Source: Orbicella franksi (taxonomy: Eukaryota). Taken from it: a stretch of DNA of 64,000 nucleotides. Shown here in pieces: positions 26,685 through 39,088 of this stretch. The notes beneath the pieces are model-generated. The model was given only the letters and a program-made list of their open reading frames with translations, ran no database searches and was not told the origin of the DNA. Positions within the stretch are counted from its first letter, which is position 1; every line of letters begins with the position of its first letter. The DNA is taken from contig OZ116702.1 of the NCBI GenBank assembly GCA_964199315.1, positions 12,524,001-12,588,000 of the forward strand, written 5' to 3'. The position numbers were made by a program, and so were the translations under genes.

Positions 26685-28121
26685 CGCCACTGTTTGAATC
26701 CCCGGCCGCTGACCACGTTGGTAGGTCTGCAAGTCGTGCGAAGGACTCTAAGAGGAGAGCAGGGTGGGAGGAGAGGGTGGGAGGAGAGAGAGGGGTCCTT
26801 GTACCACTGAAAGCAGCTTCGCCTAAGTATCAACTAGACTTGGAAATGGCAAAAAATAAAAAAATAAAAAAAAAGATGGAATTTCTTTACACTCGCCCAG
26901 AAGGAAGCCCTATGGGCACTGGTTAAAAAACATTGTTCTAAGTTCGATAAATCAAAAATTATTTTTTTTACGCAGTTTTTTCTTTTCGATGCCCCAAATC
27001 GGCCAAAATCGATCGAAAATGAGCGACATATTCAGATGCTCGTAAACTGAAAAGTAAAAATTTTCATTAAAAACTGATTGTACGTCGTATATGTTCTTCC
27101 TTTCTTGTATATTTAGAGCTAAATAGATCTCGACTTGATTGGAACTAAAATATTTAACGAATTTTCTAAATTAACGACCCAAGACAGCTTAACAGAGGTC
27201 TACATTTCGCCTATTTTCAAATGCTAAAAAGGCGCTCTGGTACACGGCTTTTACCAAAACGACTAGTTTGGTCTAAAAGCATTGTTTCTTCTTCAAATTA
27301 GTGAAATAAAACTTTTGGGTAAATAAAATTGCGAGTGCTGAGGTAGCGAACTAAATGCAGCACTTCTCCCTGAAAACGTGACCTTTGACCCCAGCGTAAC
27401 GAAACCGATTGCTGCAAGAAAAGCAAACGCTTCGTTATTTTGAAACATTTTCTAGTGATATCTCTATTGTTCTAGTGATATCTCTATTTCTGTAACGGAG
27501 TTACAGAAGTTGTCTAATTGAATTGTGAGGTAATAATATCAGATAAGTACATCTAGAAAAAAAACAACTGTGAATTTAACACGACAAAACCAATGAGAGA
27601 TGTGGAGGGCGATTCATTGATAGCTTTAGTATTAATTTAGCGAGCGCAAGTTCACTCCATTGGTTTCGGAGTAGGGCAGTTTATACATTTGCAGCAGAGG
27701 TAAATTTGGAAGGCGTGACGAAGTCATTGAAGGGTAAATTTATAAGGGGAACAGCGTTGATCCAAAGCCGGTGCTAGTTGAAAGTCGTCTAAGAGAACAA
27801 GTGTAAATCGGACGGGAAAGTTTCCTCGCAACTTTCTAAGAGTGAAAAAAGATAAACTGAATGTTGATTATAGCTTATACATTGTACGTTCTGCGTCCAT
27901 AAGTTTAAAATTAGAATAGATTTTAACAAGAAAGCGTTGACCTGAGACCTGAGAATTGACGAGACCCAACCAGGTTTGAAACAGCCGTCCACGGTTCAAA
28001 TTCTTGGCTTTCAGTTTGGACTCTATCATGTCGTTATCCCGTTAAGCTTTCTACGTAGTAATCGGCCTTAATTCATTGTTATGTTCCTATTTTTGGCTGA
28101 TCATGTCTTTTATATGAAGTA

Positions 28122-28613
28122 CAGTGAACCTCCCGTAAGCGACCACCCAAAATGCCAAGCAACTAGGTGGTCGCTTGCGAGAGGTGGCAGTTTACGAGAA
28201 CTTAAACCATACTGAGTCAAACGTTTGCCTCATTTAAGACTGATAAAGTACAGTGTATGTGCATTTTTTCTTTAAAATTTTAACTGTGTTTCCTTGTGGA
28301 AAGTCAATTTCGAGAAAAAGTTCCGGTAATTCCCATTGAGAATTTCCGTCTCTTGGACAACCCAGGATTACAACTCCTTATTATGCAATTTCCGCCCTAT
28401 TATCTCTGAAATAGTCGTTTACGGGATTTTAAAACAAACGAAAATTTCAAACTTTTAGCTCTAAAAGTGGTCGCTGTCGCTTACGAGAGGTGGTCGCTTA
28501 CAAGAGGTTCCAAATAAAGTGATTTGACTTGGAAACTTTTTTTATTCTGGAAAACCAATCACTGAGGAGAGGTGGTCGCTCACGAGAGGTGGTCGAAACC
28601 GGAGGTTCGATTG
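28122..28613. mobile_element. Tc1/mariner-like MITE
   Basis: TA|CAGTGAACCTCC...GGAGGTTCGATTG|TA, with repeated GAGGTGGTCGCTTACG subterminal motifs. Confidence 0.75.
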
Positions 28614-28649
28614 TATATGAGAATGATATGTAAGTTGAAATCTTACTCC

Positions 28650-29090
28650 GCAGTTGAAATATATGAAAGATCATACATTTCAACCGCGGAGAAAGATATG
28701 AAGACATCAACGATCATCGCAGTTATACACACAACTTAAGCAGCTGTGAAATTAAACCTTGAAAATTCAGGCTTGATCTTTCATATATTCATTTGCATTC
28801 TTCACCATCTATGGGCATACTACGAACTCACAATGTGACCAGCTCCAAGTTGGCTTGATAGCTCAGTTGGTAGAGCACTGCACCGGTATCGCAGAGGTTA
28901 TGGATTCGAATCCCGTTCAAGCCTGAATTTTTTTTCAGGCTTTAATTTCACAGCTGGTCGTGTATATAACTGCGATTATCACTGATGTTTTTGCAATTCA
29001 TATCTTTTCATCCGCAGTTTAAATATATGATCTTTCATCATGATACACTTGCATTCTGCACCATGTACGAGAACTATCGCGAACTCACTA
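28650..29090. mobile_element. tRNA-containing repeat with a tandem unit (about 254 bp) and an inverted partial copy
   Basis: Inverted arms about 28660-28776 versus 28917-29038, with perfect 16-, 13-, 13- and 12-bp blocks. Direct repeat 28775-28831 versus 29029-29088. A family fragment lies near 41200-41250. Confidence 0.7.
28852..28923 (+). tRNA. tRNA-derived pseudogene or repeat head (Thr-GGT-like loop), probably not a functional tRNA
   Basis: GGCTTGA/TCAAGCC acceptor stem, A box TAGCTCAGTTGGTAGAGC and B box ATTCGAATCC. The anticodon loop CCGGTAT lacks U33 and the stems have mismatches. It lies within a larger repeat. Confidence 0.55.
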
Positions 29091-29447
29091 AGGTTATGTG
29101 GCGACGGACGCATGCGCAGCGTAGCTACGTTTGATACAGTGGAAAGACCTGTCTTTCATGTTAGTGTCCGCTACACAAAGTTTTAACATCTGGACATGCA
29201 ATGTTCATACTGTTGAAAATTAATGATTATGGAGGCATAGAGTCATAGAGAGGACAAAAATTTTTTGAGAACTGCATTTAATGGAAAGCTGTACCAAAAC
29301 ACATCACATCAGTCGCAATAACGTTTTACATATAATTTCATCAAGCTGCAATGTTTAGTCAGACATTATACTTTACTAAGCGTCAGTTAGCATTTTGAAG
29401 ACGTGGAATTTTTATGCACACGCACACAAGAACTTGAAGTAAATTTT

Positions 29448-32400
29448 TTATGCGCACGCGCACAAAAACGCGGGGCAATACCCCCTGGCACAGTTGTTGG
29501 TACACCATTGATCCATTCCTGTGTTACCTTTCCAGGGTCCTAAAGCCTTGCATCCAGAGGGGGGTGCATTGCTTGGGGGCTGGGGTTTTGGTGGGGGAGG
29601 AGGCGCAGCCGTTGGAATGGGTCCTGCTCCTCCGCCTAATGATTGCTTGACTGCATTTATCAGAGGGTACCTAATAAAACAGAACAACTCATTTTAACAT
29701 TCAAAGACGTACTGTTAGGATTATACAATTCTCTTTTAAGGAAGGAATCTGTTGACAACAGTTTTGGTCATAAACCTGAATGAGGCATCCTGTTAAAACA
29801 AACGCTTTAGCACTGTTCTACTATAACGGGAAAAACAGTCCATGAGCTTGAGACACGGTAGAAGAAGGCATACGACCAAAAGGGTAAAAAACCGAATAAG
29901 TGACACCAAACACGTTTTTCTCGTGGTTTGATTTCAGGATCTAAATAGGCCTACTGGGGCTTGAAGAACCTAGAGTGTACCAATATTATGTTTGATCTCG
30001 TGTAAACCCTCCGTTGAAAATATTATTACTTCTTCAGGAGAGGAAATTAGTTTACCTAACTTTACTTACCTTCCTTCGCCACAGAAGGAACCCTTAAAAT
30101 CATCCAGATCCAGCGACCAGAACATGGCACCGAGGAGATTTTTTCCTTTGATCAGGGTATTCACTTTCAATACCAAACTCCTCCTGTCATCGTACCCCAC
30201 CCACTGATCTCCGAGGTATCCATACGGGGCTTTCACTGTATTGTCCCGCACCACTGTCAGACCCATCTTACAGATCTCGTAATAGGACAGGAATCCTCCT
30301 TCCCTTGTGTACCTCCCAGGGGTAGCCCTGCCTCTGACCGGCGCTCCAAGTCCATTTTGGCTCGGGTTTGATAGCTTGAACGCTCGACCATACGTAGCCA
30401 GTCCTAGTGCGATTTTCTTGCTAGGCATACCCTAATGGAGAAATGTGTTGTCATCATTACGTCAACACCACCTTTAAATTCTTTGTCTATATTTCAACAA
30501 AAGAGTGTTTCTGGTGGAGACCTAGCCCGCTGAAAAGCACCCACCCGAGATCGTACCAAGTGATCAGTTTGGCCAGTGATGACATTGGAGAATTTAGTGT
30601 TGAAATGTAAAATGTTATAGGATTGTAACTACTAGCATGTTTCCTGAATTGGATTGGTTTTACGAAGATCAGCGCAAATTGAAAAACGACAGATTGATTT
30701 CTCAACTATATCCCCTAAAAAGAAAAACGATTGAACTGACACAATCCCTGGCTATTTTAAAATACGATCAGGACTACCTTATTTATCCAATACTGCACTG
30801 CGTACGAGACCGTCAATGTATCCCCTTGGGGACCCTCCAGAGCAGTGTGGTGTCCTGTTCTTCCATCCCAGCTTCCACGAAGATCATAGGTCATCAAGTT
30901 GATAAAATCGAGTGTTCTCGCCAATTTGCTTATTTCATACGCCTTGTTAATTCTTTCCACGCCAGCGGCCACGGCTGCCGTCAGCAGGAGGCGCCGCTTT
31001 CCGCTCTGTAATGACTCTGCCTTGAAGGCGGTCAATAACTCCTGGCAAAGGACTGTGAAGCGCTGTTTGTCCTGTGGTGGAGAGTTACCACGGTTTGCGG
31101 GGTATTCCCAGTCGAGGTCAAATCCATCGAAGTTATACTGTCTCAGTAACCTAAACAATCGCGTGTTAATATGAGTAATACAGGACCTTGATGAGATATT
31201 TCTCAGTTTCTGCACCTGCTCTAACTTGTATTTCTCCCCAAAACATTTTCATCCGCGTTGAGGCAAATATATATGTGTGTTTGCTTAGAAATTTTAGGCA
31301 AGTCTTTCTGTGATTTTGTTGGCCTTATAATCGCTTTCCTTGCTTAGTGCTAGAAACGTTTCCGCTGTTACCTCTAGGAATGTAACAGCGGAACATTTTT
31401 AAGTGCTCCGGAGTCACAGAGAGGTTACGTTTTTCTACTATTCTCATAGGATAAATCGGTTAAACTTTCCCTTTATTGCCTGTGCCCCTGGTCTGATTCA
31501 TCCAATCGTTCTCGTTTGTATGTTAGGTAAGATCTTTAGGCGCTCTATCATGCACTATTGTGACTAGTGATAACGATGTGATTGGCTACCCGAGCGGGAA
31601 AGATGGACCTATCTCCGCTCGGGAGTACCCGCCGTGTCCTGCAACAAAAATTTCCCCGAAAGCCATATAATAAATCCTTTATTGACCAAGCTTGTTCGGT
31701 CAAGATGCCTTAATATTGGCCTCGTTCTTTTTTTGCGAGTTTATGGACCTCGACTCCGTCTCGGTCCATAAACACGCAAAAAAAAAAAAACTTGGCCAAT
31801 ATCCAACCATCTTGACCTTACACTTGGTCAATAACCCATACTTCTCGCATTCCTCTTCAGTGTTCGATTTGTCATTGCTTATTGGACTACGAGAAAGATG
31901 TAGTTAACGAGCAAAGGGACGTTTCAGTCAATGAGGATAGAAATGTGGCCAGGTCGGGTCGCATAATAGTCTGCCAAGCCTTTTTGTGAAACTTCCATTG
32001 CGGAGCTGCACAACGCCTGTTGTACTCGATTGGTGCATGCTTTTTACAGCGTGAGGAATGATTTGAAAAATGACCTAAGTAGTAGAAATGTAGCATCGAT
32101 GGGAACCGTCATTCAGGGATTAACAGAAGACTAAGCGTCGACACACTAGTCGCAAGAGCTGAGCAGCGAGCGTTACATAAACTAGCAATAATTTACTACG
32201 TTTCGCTATTCTCGTTATCTGTCCGCTTATTATTGTTTTGGGATTTTAAGGAAAAACTACGCGTTATTCACGCGCCAATGGAAAATTCGCAGAGTTGATG
32301 ATGCTCACCTGATGACAGAAGTAATGAAGACATTCCGATTAGCTGCCGTGCTCACCATACGTGAAAAAGGACTCACTGTCCCACTCTCGTGATTCCATCC

Positions 32401-32688
32401 GCCAACGGCCAGAAGTGTCTTTAACCTGAGGTTCTGTCGCTTCAGATTGTTAAACCGGACGTACATTTGATTGTCATTCCATTCGAACATGGCGATCCTG
32501 TTGCCTTCGTCGATTTTGGCGAAGGAGTAGATGACGTGAGTGCAAAGGAATGGGTCGATGTCTTCTGGGAAGAACTTTGCACCAGATGGTCGATACTGCG
32601 CCCAGTTGGTGTAATAACAAACTCGGTAATAGGCATCACAACTCGCTGACAGAGCCATAAAGGCTAAGAGTAGAGTCAAAGCTTGCAT
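29448..32688 (-). CDS. Secreted GH18 chitinase (chitotriosidase/AMCase-like), 4 coding exons, 445 aa, with Pro-rich linker and C-terminal 6-Cys module
   Basis: Exons 32688-32309, 31150-30778, 30431-30070 and 29670-29448 (1338 nt, phases 2/0/2, GT-AG). Signal peptide MQALTLLLAFMALSASCDA, then CYYTNWAQYR, KTLLAVGGWN, intact catalytic FDGFDLDWEYP (DxxDxDxE), DFINLMTYDL, LGLATYGR, WVGYDD and GAMFWSLDLDDF. Orthology to a named gene is not resolvable, so no symbol is given. Confidence 0.95.
31575..31845. repeat. Interspersed repeat in chitinase intron 1
   Basis: The TGTGATTGGCTACCC...CAAGATG block recurs, degenerate, near 22160-22230 and 22740-22800. Confidence 0.55.
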
Positions 32689-32785
32689 GTTTACTGAACC
32701 GAATTACTTCCTGACGATAATAAAGGAAATCGTTAGTGGCTAGGTGGACAAACTGTAAGTGTTAGCGGCTAGTCGATCTCAACCT

Positions 32786-32904
32786 TAGCCTGATTCTCAG
32801 ACGTCCGAGGTCGTTCACGGCCCCTTCGCTACCCCTCTCTCCTCTCCCAACGGGAGAGGGAGAGAGGGACCGTGAACGACCTCGGACGTCTGAGAATCAG
32901 GCTA
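32786..32904. mobile_element. 119-bp hairpin mini-element with a perfect 9-bp TSD
   Basis: 35-bp perfect TIR TAGCCTGATTCTCAGACGTCCGAGGTCGTTCACGG. TCTCAACCT at 32777-32785 and 32905-32913. Confidence 0.9.
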
Positions 32905-34181
32905 TCTCAACCTCAGCTATGGAATTATTTTTGGCAATTATCTATCAAACAAGCCATAATAAGCGCTTCTCCCAATCGTAGGATTATCTAAGCATTATCC
33001 ATGTGGTATACGAGTTAAAAAGGAGAGAGAGTTAAGGAAAGTGTTGACGGCAAGTCTCAAACTCAGCTATAGAATGCTTTTTAAAAGTTCATTAAAAACA
33101 AGCAGTAATACATGCTGCTCCATGTCAAAAAATTATGTAATCATTACCCATGTGCTGTACAAGTTTTAAATTGCGAGTCTTTGATGTGAGCTCTGCTAGC
33201 GATTAGTTTCGGTCCAAAACTGGAATGTGGTAGTGATAATTTCACTAATTATTTTACAGAATTTAGAATTTTGGTTCTTAGCACGTTAGTTTTGATTTTA
33301 GGGCATGACTGCTCGCACACAGTGTTATGACCAAGTTGTTTATGTTGGTCTATCGAGAGTACTATCGATAGTCATGTTTGGGTTTGTCTGGTGGCCTTCG
33401 TCTGTATCTTCCACAAAGATCCTGTTTAGATTTCTTGTTTTATAAACTTTAGCCTCCATTGCTTGTTTCAAGAGCTTTGTTGTTCGCTTCTGAATCAGAA
33501 AGTCGCGTGAAAGTGTTTGGGTTAGTATTTTGAAAAGATCCTTAATCCTTTAAGGTCAGTTCGTCCCGTGTGGCCCACACTTAACTACCCATATGGTATT
33601 TAAGTGCGTGTGCATTTGTCAGTCAATTAGAAGTAGAAGTAGAAGCAGTAGAGGTTATACGAAGATTGTGGAAGACAGCAGTCCGAGAAATACGAGATCC
33701 AGAGACAATTTATTAGTAGAAAGCTCAACGAAAGAAGCGTAACGTTGCAACAAGACTTTTCAAAACTTGGAGCGAGAACTACCCAAAAGCATCCTAATGG
33801 CCCGTGCCATTTGCTCTCTACGCCTCTACAATCAACTCATTTTCGCTGGGTGCTCTATTGTCCCACCTCTTTAGATTGTTGTGCTTCTAGAAATCATCCC
33901 GAAATCGAACTCATATATCCTTTAATTACAGTCTAGCCGTGGATATTTCTTGGAAGCTTGGAAATGATGATAATTCTGATGTTCTATCCTCAACAAAATA
34001 TCGACTGAGAAGAAAACGAATATCATTACTAAAAGACAGAAAATTAAGGAGTTGTTGTGTTGTGCACAGCACTAATTAGGAGTGGAGATTATAGTTTGAT
34101 ATTATAGCTTGTTTTTTTGTATTTTAAACGCTCCGAAAACATTTCACGAGCAATTGTCTGGTTGTGCACTTGTCCTTTTTT

Positions 34182-34212
<31 letters not shown>

Positions 34213-35216
34213 CCAAAGTCAAGTTTCCCATTCTGATCCATTGGTAACATAGTGCCCGCTCTTCAAACACCTAGAGAGTGAGATCATGACGGCAAAAACA
34301 TGAAGGAAATCTCAAGTACCTGAAATATACGCTGCGATGGAGGACCGCCAATGTATTAAATTTTGTATTGGATTTAATGATAAATCTGCGACCCCCAAAA
34401 TGAAACTCTGCACCTCTTACGCAGGATCTAGGTCATATCCTGCGCGCATTTCTTGTAGATATCTTGTTTATGCCTTTTTGAGGATATGAGAAAGTAAAGC
34501 AAGTTGACAAGATCTGTTGCTGTGTGCTGCTTATTAGTATTTATTTATCTATTTTTTTTTCTTTTTTAAAATTCCAACTCTGTAGATAAAATCAAAGAAA
34601 GTTAGATGCCTAATGAAAAGATGGGGCTCGATGGTTCCCTCTCGATGAAATTCAAATACATCCAGGACATCGCTGTTTGATATTTGATTACGTTTTGTAA
34701 ATTTATAAAATCGTTTCAATTTCTAAACTTGTTCTCCGTATCACGCCCCCTTGTCATATTTGGTAGCTACGACAAAAAATTCTCTATGCGTTCTTCTTTT
34801 CAGTAAAATAAAACCTCTTCTGACCTGTTATCATTATGTTTTTCCCCGAGCACAAGTTGCTTTTTACTTCGTAGTATATTTCAAGGAATAGCGCACCTGT
34901 TCTTTTAGACACTTCTCATTTGTTGCAGTTCCTGATAACTTGCAGCCTGATAATTTGTTTTGCTTTGAAGGCTCAAGTTTGTATAGACAGTTATGTATCG
35001 CTTCAAAAGTTTATAAAGGTTTTACTAGTGTACATGTACCGCAGAATTACTGGCTAATGTCTCCGAATATTAGGTGAGCAAATTCTTGGGCGATGATTTT
35101 GAATTTGAGAATAAAAAACGTTCAGATTAACTTCGACTCGTGAATCCTTCCGTTGATAAAAGCTGAAAGTTGTGTGGAACTAAAAACGAAAACAACAACA
35201 ACAACAAATGTCTTAC

Positions 35217-35312
35217 CTTTCTTTGAAACCTGAAACGTCTCAGGCGGGATTAGAGCACGATATAAAATGCTTTCTTCAACTCCTAAAAAACTGCAAGAGA
35301 GCCTCTTATATA
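35217..35312 (-). promoter_or_regulatory. Candidate TATA box and non-coding first exon of the chitinase
   Basis: A 5' UTR acceptor with CTAAC branch point precedes 32710, implying an upstream exon. Candidate: TATATAA at 35312-35306 and donor AAG|GTAAGA at 35217/35216. Confidence 0.3.
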
Positions 35313-35869
35313 TTCCCTATGCGCCTCGTAAAATTAATGCATTTTCATGAGGCGGAAGTCTCTTGTAATAGTTGAAAATACTCCTACACGTTAATATTGC
35401 TACATTGACTAGCAAACTACGTTTTTATTTTCTACTATGCCCGCTCTCAGGTTAAGAGTTACATCCTAAAACCAGATAAGATGTTTTTCCATTCCTCTGC
35501 GCCTATTTTGAACGGTTCTTTGTTGAATATATTCACTTGAATAAAGAACACTGTTCTTTAGGTCCAAATGTAACAAAGATTATACATATGGGATAGAGAT
35601 ATTGCACCCGAGTCAGATAAAAAACGTAATCATGTTGGTTCTCCAGTTGTTACCCATTCCTGCTTGTTATGCTTTGCTGGAATTCACGTTACTTTAGCTA
35701 AAACTGCTTTGTCGACTGCAGCTGAGCATAATTTTTCTCAAGGTTTTTATTCAGAAACACAACTTTGCCTTTCTCTCCTAAATTTGAGAAGAAACGGGGT
35801 CCAGAACATGTAGAAATATTGAGTAGTTATGGCAAGTGTTGTATAATGTTTTCTAAGTGCCTTTGAAGT

Positions 35870-36252
35870 GAACCTCTTGATCCTTTTTTCCTTCCTTGGA
35901 CAATATCTCCACTCCACTTAAAGATCTCAATGTCTCCAACTTCTCTAAACAAAAGGAGCTTTATCTACTGTGTGAACAACATTTGAAAACTTGTAATATT
36001 TTGTCCTCTCTATTGCACTATGTACATATCTTTTCTCTTACAGTTCTGTATTCTCATATCCGTACTTTGAGGCATTACATACAACAACTGGGGACTGACT
36101 AGGAACGTGCGAGTTATTTTAGTCTCCAGTCTCATATTATACTTTTCTTCTATTTATATACTGTTCTATTTATACACATGTAATGCTATATCTTATAATT
36201 ACAAACCTGTCACATTTACAGCAGTGAATAAAGTTTATTATCATTATTATTA
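35870..36252 (+). mobile_element. 3' end of a CR1/L2-like LINE
   Basis: ISTPLKDLNVSNFSK ORF2-end-like peptide, AATAAA at 36227-36232 and a (TTA)n-like tail. Confidence 0.5.
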
Positions 36253-37610
36253 CCTCGTGGTAATAATATGCAACATTTATCTTTTGATACGCTGTTAGCA
36301 GACTTTTACTGAGCACAAAATTTACTTCAGGTGTTTATGCTTGAAGCTGAATAAACATTTGAGGGAAAATGACATCAACTCTGATTTCAATGATATCAGT
36401 GATATTAGTCTTCACATGGCGTGGGCATTCTATCGCTTTTACCAGAAAAATAAAACAGTTATATAATTCGTCGCGAACTTAGAACCTTTTCTGGTCAGAT
36501 TGGATGAAGATTATCTACAAATTATCTATAGTGCTCTGATGAAATATTCGTCCAAATGTCACACGTTAAATGATTTGACATAAAAATTTTAGATATGGAG
36601 AGAAGAGTTCTCAGTTGACAAGTTTTTTTCAGAGTTGTTATATTGACCGATAGGGTTTAATACAGGGATCTACAAGGGTTCCGTGTTCGCGAGAGGTGAT
36701 AGATTTCCGTTTATTGTTTTACACGCTTGAAATAATCATTGCTATTAATAAAACTCGGCCGGAAGTTTCAAAAATGGGAAATGTTCACTATTGTCGTCGA
36801 CCTATGAGGCAACTGGAAAATATTGACTAGACGTTTAAGGGATGGATTGTGAGCTTTCTGAGTTATAATTTCACGATTAATTGGTTATTCATAGAGTTTA
36901 CATGTAATAATGTTCTCGGTGTATGAAAGAATGCTTCCGAGTTGTCGTGTAAGTTGACTACAGTATTTGCCTTCCCTGCCATGCTTGCCGAAATTGGCGT
37001 CATGACGTCATTTTGGTGGATTCCGATGGCAGCCTATTTTCTCAGTCGTTGAATTCTGCTTTGTGTTAGGCGCAGAAATTGAATCCGTCACTGAAGAGCC
37101 AGTGAAATGCTTAGCAACTCGCAGTTCGTGTAACAAAATATTACATCACAGTGTGATCAGCGTTTTCAATTAACTGCAATGTTTTGATCTGCCGACATTG
37201 AAGGCAATCTTTGAGGTAACTATACCGCGTTTTCACTCACGTGAAAGAAAGTGCTTACATAAGTAAAGAATTCAACTCCTACAGGGTTGGTTTGGCCGCC
37301 GTTTTTTTGTTTTGGGACACCATAATATGGCTGCCATGACATCGTGTGAAAAGATTCTATAAGTAAATAGATGTTGTAGTATGATAAAGGCGATAAATTC
37401 CTGTGGGTGATGTTTTTTTTGTTTCATTGCTAAGAAGACAGGCATCACTCCTCTGTATGAAAACAAGTTTATTTCTACAAGTGTACTTTTTTGTACTACT
37501 GTTTTATAGTATTCGAAGGCGTAAATTAGATTTGCAATCGCATGGAGGCTTGCAAATTCATCTGTGCCGTGTCTACCTACCGCTCGGTGAAGCTTTTTTT
37601 TCTGTGTGAA

Positions 37611-37730
37611 TGGGAAGCTTTTGGGAGCTTTTTTTGGGAGCTGTTTTTGGTAGCTGTTTTTGAGAACTGTTTTTGGGAGCTGTGTATGATGGCTGATTTT
37701 GGGAGCTCTTTTTTGGCTATGATGTTACTT
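37611..37730. repeat. Degenerate 12-13-bp tandem repeat (TTTTTGGGAGCTG)
   Basis: About 8 imperfect copies. Confidence 0.7.
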
Positions 37731-39088
37731 TAAAAAACTGTGTTCTACTGATTTGCCGGACAATTTGGACCTTCGCTGAATATCGAAGAAATTATTTGCT
37801 GAACATGTTGCCTTACAAGTCAACAAATGTAATCGAATTAAATGGTTAAGATTTCAGAGAGGAAAGCTTGATACTTCTATTTGTAAAACATGTAAATGTT
37901 TGTATTACTCTTATGACTGCTTTCTAGTACTGCTAATAGCTGTCAGCAGTATTGAAGGATTGTTACCGTACATTGTCTAGTTATGAGGAATTTATTTGTT
38001 TTGTTTCATCAAACAGACGTCCAGTGAGCCATCTAGCTCAAGATGTATCGCTGAGGGACTTTTTTCCCTATACATTGCTTCCTCAGGGCCAAAAATGAAA
38101 AACGTTCTTCTAACACATCGTGAACTTGACTGCCTTAGAACCTTTTTTCGCCCAGATTGGGTAAAGATAAGCTACAGATTATCTATAGTGTCGGATGAAA
38201 TATCCGTCGAAATATCACACATTAAATGATTTGACATGAAAAGTCTAAATATGGAGAGAAGAGTTCTCAGTTGACAAGTGCTTTTTGCAGAGTAGTTATA
38301 TTGACTGACAGGTTTTCATACAGATTCCGTTTTGATGGATTTCCGCTTATTGTTTCACACGCCCGACATAATTAGGAATGTTAATAAAACTGTGCCGGAA
38401 GTTTCAAAGATGGGAAATATTCATCCCTTTTGACGTCGACCTATGACGCAACTGAAAAATATTGGCTACACGTTTAATTAAGGTATACCTCAGCAACAAG
38501 ATCCTTAGATTAACTGATTAATTTCAGTTATTTATTTCAATATCTATACTGAGCAACAACTTATATAAATTGTTCTCACATTCTTGATGAAACAGATAAA
38601 AGGCCCTCGCTGAAATTTTCATAAAAGTTTAAAGACTTAAATATTTTCTCCCTGCTGAGTTACTTTAGACACAAGACTAAACGGTTTATCGCTATTGATA
38701 ATGTCTCCGAATTCACCTACAGACAATATTTATCTATTTGTCTTAAAATACCACGAAATTGCAAAGAAATATCTACATAAGGATTCTTCTATCAATGACG
38801 AGTAGAATATTGGTGAAAAGAGGCTCCTGTGGTATTTGTTTTGAACATTTTTAGAGATATTCTCACGTTTATGGCATCAGTCTATAGCTTGTGATATTGA
38901 GTCGATGTCATTGTGAATACAAATCGAGACGGAAGATTTTCTTCACAAGTTTACACAATCCAACCATTTTAAAATTGCCATGAAGACAAGAAAATGTGTT
39001 TCGTGCATGTCACTTAATTAAAAATCTTTTTTGCGATTTTATACTCTATTTGATTAGTTTATGTGCTAACCCCTCACCTGGTGGACAG

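Noticed and set aside
28852-28923. Functional tRNA-Thr gene
   Set aside because: No U33, stem mismatches, and it is embedded in an interspersed repeat.
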